Positions 1 to 7,048 of a stretch of DNA of 42,857 nt are shown here, in pieces (the stretch's first letter is position 1; each line of letters begins with the position of its first letter). Source of the stretch: a virus (lineage: Duplodnaviria > Caudoviricetes). The translations under genes and the position numbers were made by a program. The notes beneath the pieces are model-generated. The model ran no database searches. It was not told the DNA's origin and saw only the letters and a list, made by a program, of their open reading frames with translations. Location of the stretch: the IMG/VR virus record IMGVR_UViG_3300020045_003670, positions 1 through 42,857 of that record; one strand, written 5' to 3'.

Positions 1-78
1 CATCAGTGCGGATGCTTCGGCGCGAAACTGTTCGGCTGGCGTTGTGGTCGTGAGTGCGGTTGTCTTGGTCATCTTCAT
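1..78 (-). CDS. First gene of leftward early operon, 5' fragment (MKMTKTTALTTTTPAEQFRAEASALM...)
   Basis: ATG at 78 preceded by GAGAGGGA SD on the - strand; frame open to the window edge; downstream of PL-like promoter. Confidence 0.6.
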   Translation of the reverse strand, partial: MKMTKTTALTTTTPAEQFRAEASALM

Positions 79-337
79 TCCCTCTCGGTTCGGTCAGCGT
101 GGCGCTTGGCGTCGGCTGATGGTTGCGGGCAGTTTCAGTTCGTACCCAGGAACACCACTCAAAAACCCACTCAAAAACCTTTGGCACCCTTCGACCTGCT
201 GTCCCGGTCGGGTAATCCCCGGAACTCTTCTCTCCGTGCGCGCTGTGCGCTGCGATTCACATGACGGCCTCCATTCCTTCAGGCTTGACCGGTCAGCGGC
301 TTCTTCGTGGAAACCAGATCGGCTGCTGATAGAAATC

Positions 338-366
338 AATATGCATGGTATGCATTGCCGCGTCAA
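338..366 (-). promoter_or_regulatory. PL-like leftward sigma70 promoter
   Basis: TTGACG (366-361), 17 bp spacer, CATATT (343-338); same -10 hexamer as the rightward promoter at 1596-1624. Confidence 0.7.
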
Positions 367-388
367 TAGCTAGATGCATCTGATGAAT
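341..388. promoter_or_regulatory. OL-like operators (two ATGCAT-N3-ATGCAT-type sites)
   Basis: ATGCATggtATGCAT 341-355 and ATGCATctgATGAAT 374-388 overlap or flank PL; same motif recurs at PR. Confidence 0.65.
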
Positions 389-431
389 ATTTATTTTGAC
401 TTTGGGGGAATCGCGGCCTAGAAATGGCTCT

Positions 432-473
432 AACGAAAATGGCCCGCGCAAAGTTACAAGCTTTGCGCGGGCC
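432..473 (-). terminator. Intrinsic terminator for leftward transcription (timm-like)
   Basis: Perfect 13-bp inverted repeat GGCCCGCGCAAAG 441-453 / CTTTGCGCGGGCC 461-473, followed on the - strand by ATTTTCGTT. Confidence 0.6.
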
Positions 474-642
474 GAGATGGAAGCGGTTTGACCTTCGGAA
501 GTTTGCCGCCCCATAGACAGATTTGTTATATCATAACATTCTCGTCATTCAAGCAAAACCTCCGAAACGAGTTTCAGATCTCAAAAAATCTGGGCATACG
601 TGCAGGTTCTGTCGCGAGCTCTCTCGGGCAAGCCTTCATGGG

Positions 643-888
643 TAAGGCATAAGTCAGTTCACGCGGGCTAGGACGGCCCTGAATGCCCCGCAAGGGTGGA
701 TAAACGACGTAAGTGGTGAGGTCTGGCGGCAACGCCAATCTACCGGGAGCGCAGGCCCCTAAGTTCCCCAGCGAGCTTGCTGGACACAGCCTGGTCGATA
801 ATGCGTGAGCTGGTTAGCGTCTGTCTATGGAATACGACGGGATTGATGTGAGTACCTCACCCACCGTCTATAGATTAACTATGCCTTG
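643..888 (+). ncRNA. Candidate large structured ncRNA of unknown family (immunity region)
   Basis: No ORF of 60 aa or more in any frame from 515 to 957; closing helix 644-651/880-887; 14-bp helix 652-665/802-815; two GCAA tetraloops; several more hairpins; G-U pairs indicate the + strand. Confidence 0.65.
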
Positions 889-1005
889 AGATTAGAGACA
901 AGCTAAGGATGCGATGGATATTTTGACGCAAATTGAGGTCTTTACAATCATTCTAGCGTGGTGAATTATTGTTTAATAAAAACATGGCGAATGAGGGCGA
1001 GGGAT

Positions 1006-1212
1006 ATGAGAACACGGAGAAACGTGCTGCAAAACATGTCTATCGCGATACTTGCCTCAACATCGGATTCTGACGCGGCAATATCCGACAAACTGGACGT
1101 TCCAGAATTATCTGAGCTGCTGAAACGAGCCTTGGAAAAGCGGACAGGGGAATCGTGGATAAGATTAGAAGATTCCGATGGTGAATACATACTCTTCAAA
1201 AGAAGAGTCTAA
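1006..1212 (+). CDS. Hypothetical protein (68 aa), convergent with repressor
   Basis: ORF with GAGGG SD before ATG 1006; lies in an AT-richer segment. Confidence 0.5.
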   Translation: MRTRRNVLQNMSIAILASTSDSDAAISDKLDVPELSELLKRALEKRTGESWIRLEDSDGEYILFKRRV

Positions 1213-1213
1213 A

Positions 1214-1537
1214 TCACCCGGTTTCTTGCAACTGTCGCAGCAGGCGAATTGCAAGCTCCTTATTTTTGTCGTTGAGCAACCGCACCAGGTCGATCACATC
1301 ACCTGCCTTGTATGGGTTGACGCCGATCATATCTGACGGCGTGCATTGGTATGCCTCAGCCGCCGCTTCTAGGTCGTCTTGATTATACGGCGTCTTTTGA
1401 TTTTCGATCCGGCTGAATTTTGACTGGGACCACCCAAGCCGTCCGATCGCCTGTTCTTGCGTCAAGCCGCGATACTCCCGCCACTCCTTAAAGAAGTGCT
1501 TAGTCCGAGTTCGCTTTGGTTTTGGCACTGGCGGCAT
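1214..1537 (-). CDS. cI: CI-like XRE-family HTH repressor (107 aa, no peptidase domain)
   Basis: KEWREYRGLTQEQAIGRLGWSQSKFSRIENQK is an HTH_3 motif; divergent from a cro-like gene. Confidence 0.85.
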   Translation of the reverse strand: MPPVPKPKRTRTKHFFKEWREYRGLTQEQAIGRLGWSQSKFSRIENQKTPYNQDDLEAAAEAYQCTPSDMIGVNPYKAGDVIDLVRLLNDKNKELAIRLLRQLQETG

Positions 1538-1582
1538 GGTGATTCTTTTACATCCATTTATTTTCAATATGAAGGTCATGTC

Positions 1583-1624
1583 ATGGATAAGATGCTTGAC
1601 ATGCATATGCTTGCTATGCATATT
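1583..1624 (+). promoter_or_regulatory. PR-like promoter with overlapping OR operators
   Basis: TTGACA 1596-1601, 17 bp spacer, CATATT 1619-1624; ATGGATaagATGCTT 1583-1597, ATGCTTgacATGCAT 1592-1606, ATGCTTgctATGCAT 1607-1621. Confidence 0.75.
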
Positions 1625-1630
1625 GGGGTC

Positions 1631-1840
1631 ATGAAGCTCAAATCGTATCTCGAAAATTCGCATATGACAGACGCTGAATTTGGCGCTCTCATCGGTGTGT
1701 CTCAGTCCCAGGTTAACCGAATTAAGCATGAGAAGACCAATCCTTCTCTTGAGGTTGCCGTGGCGATAGAGCGGCTGACAAAGGGAAAGGTCAAGGCTCG
1801 CGACTTCATTGATCTTCCAACCGTGGAGGCGGCAGAGTAA
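1631..1840 (+). CDS. cro: Cro-like HTH regulator
   Basis: MKLKSYLENSHMTDAEFGALIGVSQSQVNRIKHEKTNPSLEVAVAIERLTKGKVKARDF is a typical Cro/YdaS-type sequence; divergent from cI. Confidence 0.85.
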   Translation: MKLKSYLENSHMTDAEFGALIGVSQSQVNRIKHEKTNPSLEVAVAIERLTKGKVKARDFIDLPTVEAAE

Positions 1841-2103
1841 TGACCCATCAACCCCCAATACAGTGGCATGGCGATCGACCAGCCGACATTGACGCGATTG
1901 AAGCGCGTGTACTCTCTAGGCTTGTCTCTGACGGCGTGAATATGAGCAAGCCAAGCGACCTCATCTACTCGGTCGTTTCTTTGACCGACGATATTGAAGG
2001 CCCGTCTGTAACTGTGTGGGGCGAAGAAGATAACAACTCGTTCCATGCGGAATATTTTATCAAGACGGGATGGGCGACGGCAAGCGATCTGGTGGAGGAT
2101 TGA
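1840..2103 (+). CDS. Hypothetical phage protein
   Basis: TAATG coupling to cro, GGAGG SD. Confidence 0.7.
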   Translation: MTHQPPIQWHGDRPADIDAIEARVLSRLVSDGVNMSKPSDLIYSVVSLTDDIEGPSVTVWGEEDNNSFHAEYFIKTGWATASDLVED

Positions 2104-2106
2104 CCG

Positions 2107-2382
2107 ATGGCCAACCATAAAGACCTGCCTTGCGGAAGATGTGATGCTGGCGTTTACGATGCTCATCCGTTTCTCGTCGGGATTGAGATGTTTCGTGGTT
2201 GTTTGACATCTAAGGATGCATTGAAGTCCGCTCCACTATGCAAGAGTGACGAAACCCATATCTGTTTCGGCGCCAGAGACTTCATCACCTGCTTTGATTT
2301 CCCGATAACGGTTGATGATGTTGTGAGGTTTAGATCTGATATCGGCGTACCAGCCGGTCTTGTGGTGGAGGCTGCAGAATGA
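2107..2382 (+). CDS. Hypothetical Cys-rich phage protein
   Basis: GGAGG SD; CxxC near the N-terminus; operon position. Confidence 0.65.
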   Translation: MANHKDLPCGRCDAGVYDAHPFLVGIEMFRGCLTSKDALKSAPLCKSDETHICFGARDFITCFDFPITVDDVVRFRSDIGVPAGLVVEAAE

Positions 2383-2543
2383 GCGCTTTGGCAATATTTC
2401 ACTTGGTAGGAATTTCTTGTGTGGCGTTCAGTGGCATCCGAGCAGGAGTTCTGCTGTGGAACATTGATGGTCTTGCGTCAAGTTTGGTCTGTGTTCTCAC
2501 TATCCACGTTGTTTCTAGCATGGTTTTAAGGGTTATCCCATGA
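2379..2543 (+). CDS. Small hydrophobic protein (54 aa, MSALAIFHLVGISCVAFSG...)
   Basis: Translated by hand; ATGA overlaps on both sides; two hydrophobic segments. Confidence 0.6.
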   Translation: MSALAIFHLVGISCVAFSGIRAGVLLWNIDGLASSLVCVLTIHVVSSMVLRVIP

Positions 2544-2896
2544 GCAAGCACGACGCATGGAAAGACGAAGCGATTGCCATGAAACTTGCTGGCGCGCCCA
2601 TCGACGCGATTGCAGCTAAGTTCGGCGTCAAGAGAAATACCATCAATTACGTTACCAAGGGCGTGAGATCGACAAACATCCCGGTACGGACGAAAGGTCC
2701 AGCAGGACCATTTTCCACCCGCTATCAAGGGTCCGCCGGTTTCTCTATGGGATGCAAGAAACGTCATGCTGTGCAGTTTCTCCCTGAGCTTTTTGACGAG
2801 ATCAATTCTTTTGCTCAAGCGCGAGACATTTCCTTTTCCAGCGCCGTGACTGAGTTGGCCGCTATTGCTCTTTCGGACATAAGGAGCGCAGCATGA
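2540..2896 (+). CDS. Putative DNA-binding protein (N-terminal HTH, possible C-terminal RHH)
   Basis: PIDAIAAKFGVKRNTINY is HTH-like; ATGA coupling. Confidence 0.65.
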   Translation: MSKHDAWKDEAIAMKLAGAPIDAIAAKFGVKRNTINYVTKGVRSTNIPVRTKGPAGPFSTRYQGSAGFSMGCKKRHAVQFLPELFDEINSFAQARDISFSSAVTELAAIALSDIRSAA

Positions 2897-3099
2897 CCAG
2901 CGCAATCACTCCAGACGCTGCTATAGCGAACTACCAGCAGGCTTATGCTGAGTTCTTCGGCACCAAAGCTCCACCAGTACGCAAGCTGGAAAGCGGCGGG
3001 TTTGACATCCGGTTTTCTGATCGTTCCAAGCGCTACAGCAAGACTGATCTTTGTGCCGTTACGGCCATGATGCTGGCGATGAAAGACGAGGTATTTTGA
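2893..3099 (+). CDS. Hypothetical phage protein
   Basis: AGGAG SD, ATGA overlap. Confidence 0.65.
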   Translation: MTSAITPDAAIANYQQAYAEFFGTKAPPVRKLESGGFDIRFSDRSKRYSKTDLCAVTAMMLAMKDEVF

Positions 3100-3100
3100 C

Positions 3101-3244
3101 ATGGAGATCCTGGCTTATATCGGCATCGCCGTTTTAATCGCAACGTTTGCATTTCTCTGGGATGCGTTTCGTGAAAGCGGGCGTGAACTCGATGACCATG
3201 ACAGCGCTGATTGTGGCGCTAGTGAAGGGCGGTGGCCGGAATGA
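3101..3244 (+). CDS. Small single-TM protein (47 aa, MEILAYIGIAVLIATFAFLW...)
   Basis: Translated by hand; GAGG SD; ATGA overlap with the next ORF. Confidence 0.6.
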   Translation: MEILAYIGIAVLIATFAFLWDAFRESGRELDDHDSADCGASEGRWPE

Positions 3245-3402
3245 AGATCACGGTCGGTAAGGCGATGTTCTATTCGGTTATTTCAGCAGCTGCAGTGTTT
3301 TCGGTGAGTTATCTGCTTGGAGATCCTCTGCGTGAATGCGCTTCATACGCGTGGTATTGGTTTATGGGGTCGGCGACGGCCTTCTGGCTGGCGGGAAAAT
3401 GA
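3241..3402 (+). CDS. Small two-TM protein (53 aa, MKITVGKAMFYSVISAAAVF...)
   Basis: Translated by hand; coupled to the previous ORF. Confidence 0.55.
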   Translation: MKITVGKAMFYSVISAAAVFSVSYLLGDPLRECASYAWYWFMGSATAFWLAGK

Positions 3403-3409
3403 AATCGAA

Positions 3410-3484
3410 TTGACGGTGAGTCTCCTCCCCTGTGCTCCCGTCAAAGTGGACGATCCTTGCTCCCCCTCCCCGAGGGTCGTCCAC
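3410..3484 (+). ncRNA. Cuckoo/alpha-r14-like tandem hairpins with C-rich anti-SD loops
   Basis: Hairpin 3410-3444 with loop TCTCCTCCCCTGTG; 14-bp hairpin 3446-3459/3471-3484 with loop CTCCCCCTCCC. Confidence 0.55.
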
Positions 3485-3641
3485 ACCTAATCTTGGGAAA
3501 TTCGCTCGCTAGTTTAAGAACCACGGCTTGAGCGAGTTCTCCGACAGGAACAAAGGCGTCCGTAGCGGCGGGCCTTGAGGACGGCGACAGCAGGGTATTG
3601 CGTTTGTCGTCGTCCTCATCAAATTCGAATTCAATCTGCAT
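3441..3641 (-). CDS. Possible antisense hypothetical protein (66 aa)
   Basis: ORF with AGGGA SD fills a gap in the rightward operon; its C-terminus overlaps the hairpins. Confidence 0.35.
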   Translation of the reverse strand: MQIEFEFDEDDDKRNTLLSPSSRPAATDAFVPVGELAQAVVLKLASEFPKIRCGRPSGRGSKDRPL

Positions 3642-3790
3642 GGGTGTTGTCCCTGTACGATTAATGACTGGCCTAACGGATGATCCTGGCAGACGCCGCA
3701 GGCCCCTGAAATTTTCGCATGACGCATGTCTCTTTCTGTCAATCTCCTAATGTGCGCTTCCGTACATTCATCATGACACAGGAGATAGAC

Positions 3791-4204
3791 ATGTTGGAGT
3801 TTAAGAAGGACATGGGCTTGTCGGTGAAGGACAAGGCAACCAAGGATAAGGCAATGAGTGACGTTTTTTATGCCCAAAACCTTTTCAAAGAAGCGTTCCC
3901 AGAGCGTCGGTATGGGAGCGTCAAAGAGATGCTGAATGCGGCCTATTCGTTCATGAGTAGGCGGGTTCAAAAGGATTTCACGCACCGCCGTGCACGATCG
4001 ATCTGGGAAGCGACGGCCCACCGTATAGACGGTGAGGAAATCGACGTTCTGCGGCTGGCAATAATCGAGGAGAATAAGCGTGAACAATACGAATTACGCG
4101 CCCGCTTGGCTGCGCTTGATGCGCGGCTTGCCAATATCGATGAGGCTTTTCATAGCGAGACGCTGGCGGCGCTACGCTCATCGGAAAGCTGGAGAGGCAA
4201 ATAG
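3791..4204 (+). CDS. Hypothetical phage protein with C-terminal coiled coil (cII position)
   Basis: AGGAG SD before ATG 3791; position between the cro region and the replication genes. Confidence 0.7.
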   Translation: MLEFKKDMGLSVKDKATKDKAMSDVFYAQNLFKEAFPERRYGSVKEMLNAAYSFMSRRVQKDFTHRRARSIWEATAHRIDGEEIDVLRLAIIEENKREQYELRARLAALDARLANIDEAFHSETLAALRSSESWRGK

Positions 4205-4256
4205 GCTGTTGGATTGGGCGGAATTTATCGTGCCGGAATCGAAGGGAAAATGATTG

Positions 4257-4526
4257 ATGAGCGATGCAGTAGCAAAAGACCAACTCCGCGCTTTCGTGGA
4301 GAGAATAGAACGGCTGGAATCCGAGAAAAAGGAAACCGCAGATTTTATCCGGGACGTTTATGCGGAAGCCGCTGTGGATGGCTTCGACACCAAAATCCTT
4401 CGCAAGGTCATCGCCCTTCGCAAGATGGATGCCAATGACAGGGCAGAGCAAGAGGCGATATTGGACACGTATCTAATCGCCTTGAACATGATGCAGCCGG
4501 ATCTGTTTCAGGAAGCGGCTGAATGA
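4257..4526 (+). CDS. gapR: GapR/DUF2312 nucleoid-associated protein homolog
   Basis: [21 protein letters not shown]...DVYAEA...[15 protein letters not shown]...[11 protein letters not shown] signature. Confidence 0.9.
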   Translation: MSDAVAKDQLRAFVERIERLESEKKETADFIRDVYAEAAVDGFDTKILRKVIALRKMDANDRAEQEAILDTYLIALNMMQPDLFQEAAE

Positions 4527-4876
4527 CGCGAATTGTCTTACCATATCCACCGAGTGCTTGGGATCTATACGAGGGATGGGGAAAGACCCGCCGTCTCTCG
4601 CGGTCCTATGCCAAGTGGCATGATGACGCAGGATATTTCATCAAAAAGCCCAAGGAGCCAATGAGCGTGCCTTTCTCGCTGCATATAGCGCTACGCCGGC
4701 CGAACAAGCGGCAAGACATCGACAACAGATCAAAAGCCGTGCTGGACGTTCTACAGCACTACGGCGTGATCAAAAATGACAACCTGTGTGAGAGGCTTAC
4801 AATGGCATGGGATGCAGGCCTTGATTGCGAATGCGTTGTGTTGCTCCAAGCAGCAGAAGAGGCGGTGGCGGCATGA
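4523..4876 (+). CDS. rusA: RusA-family Holliday junction resolvase
   Basis: LPYPPS N-terminus; [22 protein letters not shown] catalytic motif. Confidence 0.9.
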   Translation: MTRIVLPYPPSAWDLYEGWGKTRRLSRSYAKWHDDAGYFIKKPKEPMSVPFSLHIALRRPNKRQDIDNRSKAVLDVLQHYGVIKNDNLCERLTMAWDAGLDCECVVLLQAAEEAVAA

Positions 4877-5709
4877 GCAAGCTAACTAAGCCCCAAGCCA
4901 AGGCCCACCAGCAAGCGTGCGTGATACTTGAGCAGGATGTTCTGACGGAAGACGAAAAGGTATTTGTTTTGGAAAACTGGCAAGAGTCAGCTTCCCACAT
5001 CAATACGATCGCTGGCGCATTTTTCACGCCGTTTGATCTGGCAATGGATTTCGCGCTTGAGGCGCATGAGGGGCGGGTGATCGACCTGTGTGCAGGGATT
5101 GGAATGCTCTCCTTCGCGATGACCATGCGGAACCCATATAATCAATCCCCGCTTGAGATAACATGTGTCGAGCTTAACCCAGACTATGTGGCGGTTGGCA
5201 AGAAGATCATGCCCGAAGCAAATTGGATTTGCGCCTCAGTATTTGATGTCCTCGGAATGGGGCTAGGGAAGTTTAACTTTGCCATAAGCAATCCTCCGTT
5301 TGGTGCGGTGAAGCGTCCTGAAGGCAAGCGGTCGCCTAGATACACAGGTGCGGATTTTGAGTTCCACGTGATCGATATCGCCGCGCATCTGGCGAGCTAC
5401 GGAGTCTTCATCGTTCCTCAGATGAGCGCCGGGTTCAGCTACAGCGGCCAGCGTGGATATTCGCGCCAAGTAACTGGAAAAGCCGTCGATTTCCAGGAGA
5501 AGACGGGACTTCACTTCGAAGCCGGTTGTGGCATCGACACTGCCATTCACAAGGGCAAGTGGCGTGGTGTTTCACCGATCTGTGAAATCCTATGCATCGA
5601 ATTCCCGGAGAAGACAGGGATCGTCCAGGCTCCGGCTTCATCCTCAAAACACTCAACACAATCAAAACCGGCGCCGGGTCAACTCAGCCTCTTCGGAGAC
5701 GCGGCATGA
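4873..5709 (+). CDS. SAM-dependent methyltransferase, probably orphan N6-adenine DNA MTase
   Basis: GAFFTP, IDLCAGIG (motif I), ISNPPFG (motif IV). Confidence 0.8.
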   Translation: MSKLTKPQAKAHQQACVILEQDVLTEDEKVFVLENWQESASHINTIAGAFFTPFDLAMDFALEAHEGRVIDLCAGIGMLSFAMTMRNPYNQSPLEITCVELNPDYVAVGKKIMPEANWICASVFDVLGMGLGKFNFAISNPPFGAVKRPEGKRSPRYTGADFEFHVIDIAAHLASYGVFIVPQMSAGFSYSGQRGYSRQVTGKAVDFQEKTGLHFEAGCGIDTAIHKGKWRGVSPICEILCIEFPEKTGIVQAPASSSKHSTQSKPAPGQLSLFGDAA

Positions 5710-5855
5710 CCAGAACACCCCAACCATCCCCGAACATCATCAACACCAAGAGAATACCTCTCCCCTCGAATAGCAGGGAAGCAGACGAGATCGTACAGGC
5801 TCTCATTGAGGGCAGGGCAGACGAGTATCAACAGGACGCGAGGAAAGCGGCATGA
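5706..5855 (+). CDS. Small hypothetical protein
   Basis: GGAG SD; ATGA overlaps on both sides. Confidence 0.55.
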   Translation: MTRTPQPSPNIINTKRIPLPSNSREADEIVQALIEGRADEYQQDARKAA

Positions 5856-6268
5856 CACCAGATGAAGCAGCAGCACAATTAAACAATTGCCAATATCGCG
5901 AAGAGGGCGATGCAAGCCTCTTCAAACGCATGAAGGAGTCAGGGCTTGTCGCGGTTTACGGTGCCAGCGATGACTTAATGGAATTCAACGGGGCCATTAC
6001 AGATGAAGTCGGATGTTATGGCGGCGGCGAAGCATATGTGACCAAGGAAGGGTTGCTACAAAGCGAATGCGACGACGACGACTGCCCGTATTTTGAAAAG
6101 ATTAAACTTTCCGCATCTCGTATTGAAGCGGTTTGGGATGACGATAGTGGTTTCTCGTGGGTCTACGAGACGGCAATTCCTCATGTGACATTCGAAGTTA
6201 TGGAGGACGACGAGCCATATTGTCGCGGGATTGTGTTCGCCCTCAAAGACGTGGGTGGCGCGGCATGA
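5852..6268 (+). CDS. Conserved acidic phage protein
   Basis: GLVAVYGASDDLMEF...IPHVTFEVMEDDEPYCRGIVF pattern, which I recognise from phage proteins. Confidence 0.75.
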   Translation: MTPDEAAAQLNNCQYREEGDASLFKRMKESGLVAVYGASDDLMEFNGAITDEVGCYGGGEAYVTKEGLLQSECDDDDCPYFEKIKLSASRIEAVWDDDSGFSWVYETAIPHVTFEVMEDDEPYCRGIVFALKDVGGAA

Positions 6269-6651
6269 GCGACTTCTCTGACTTTTGGTCCATCTATCCC
6301 CGGAGAGTAGCAAAGCGTGCTGCACAGAAGGCTTGGGACAAAGAGATGAACGCCGGGACAGATCCCGATGTAATCATCGCCGGCCTTCGTCGCCAGTTGC
6401 CGATCTTCGCCCGCAAGGATGAGCAATTCATTCCACATGCGAGTACCTGGCTCAACCAGGGTAGGTTTGAAGATGAGGTTTCATTCCCCGAGCCGATCGG
6501 CCAAATCCGAAAAGGCGACATGGCGGATTTCATGAATGCAAGAAAGGCAGAACGCGATGTACGCACAATCGACGGTGAATATGCGCGAACAGCAGATCGA
6601 GGACCAGCTTCATATTTTATGGAGAACACTACCACTCAAAGGCGGCACTGA
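6265..6651 (+). CDS. Short replication-initiator-like protein (C-terminal domain only)
   Basis: FSDFWSIYPRRVAKRAAQKAW...FIPHASTWLNQGRFED matches the C-terminal domain of phage replisome organisers. Confidence 0.7.
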   Translation: MSDFSDFWSIYPRRVAKRAAQKAWDKEMNAGTDPDVIIAGLRRQLPIFARKDEQFIPHASTWLNQGRFEDEVSFPEPIGQIRKGDMADFMNARKAERDVRTIDGEYARTADRGPASYFMENTTTQRRH

Positions 6652-7048
6652 TCTAGCCGGAACACTATCTGATTTTCACTTCGCATTGAATGGCCTGAGC
6701 GTCAGAGCGATTGAGAATACAGTCTCCGCACTTCGAGCTGGAATGATTGAAGACGCATCGAAGGAATTCAGCCCGAAAGCTCCAAAGCTGGCAGATTATG
6801 TCCGGTCAGAACAGCGCCGCCTCGACGCCATCAATCGCCCGAAGACCATCGGCTATCAGCCCGCTCCACATGCATTTAAAGACTGGCGCGAAACGCACAG
6901 ACGGAAGACGGAAGATCTTGAAGCGCGAGGCTTTGTCTGCATCCCGAACGTGTCGATTGAGGATTGGGTATCGGGTGGCAAGCGCAGGCGGTGGCCGGTT
7001 GGTACGCAGTGGTTCTGGGGATTGAGTGAAGCATGGAGTCCATCATGA
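6557..7048 (+). CDS. Putative helicase loader/replication accessory protein
   Basis: Overlaps the initiator-like gene (lambda P position); FSPKAPKL motif; start could be 6557 or 6581. Confidence 0.5.
   Translation: MYAQSTVNMREQQIEDQLHILWRTLPLKGGTDLAGTLSDFHFALNGLSVRAIENTVSALRAGMIEDASKEFSPKAPKLADYVRSEQRRLDAINRPKTIGYQPAPHAFKDWRETHRRKTEDLEARGFVCIPNVSIEDWVSGGKRRRWPVGTQWFWGLSEAWSPS

Noticed and set aside
600-900. Group I/II intron, retron or DGR explanation for the structured RNAs
   Set aside because: No interrupted gene, no recognisable group II domain V or group I core, and no reverse transcriptase in the window; a partner in the missing left arm cannot be excluded
923-948. TTGACG...TACAAT promoter for ORF 1006
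   Set aside because: Spacer is only 14 bp
1214-1858. 214-aa version of the repressor and 127-aa version of Cro in the ORF track
   Set aside because: The extensions overlap each other and the operator/promoter region; the HTH domains begin at 1537 (-) and 1631 (+)
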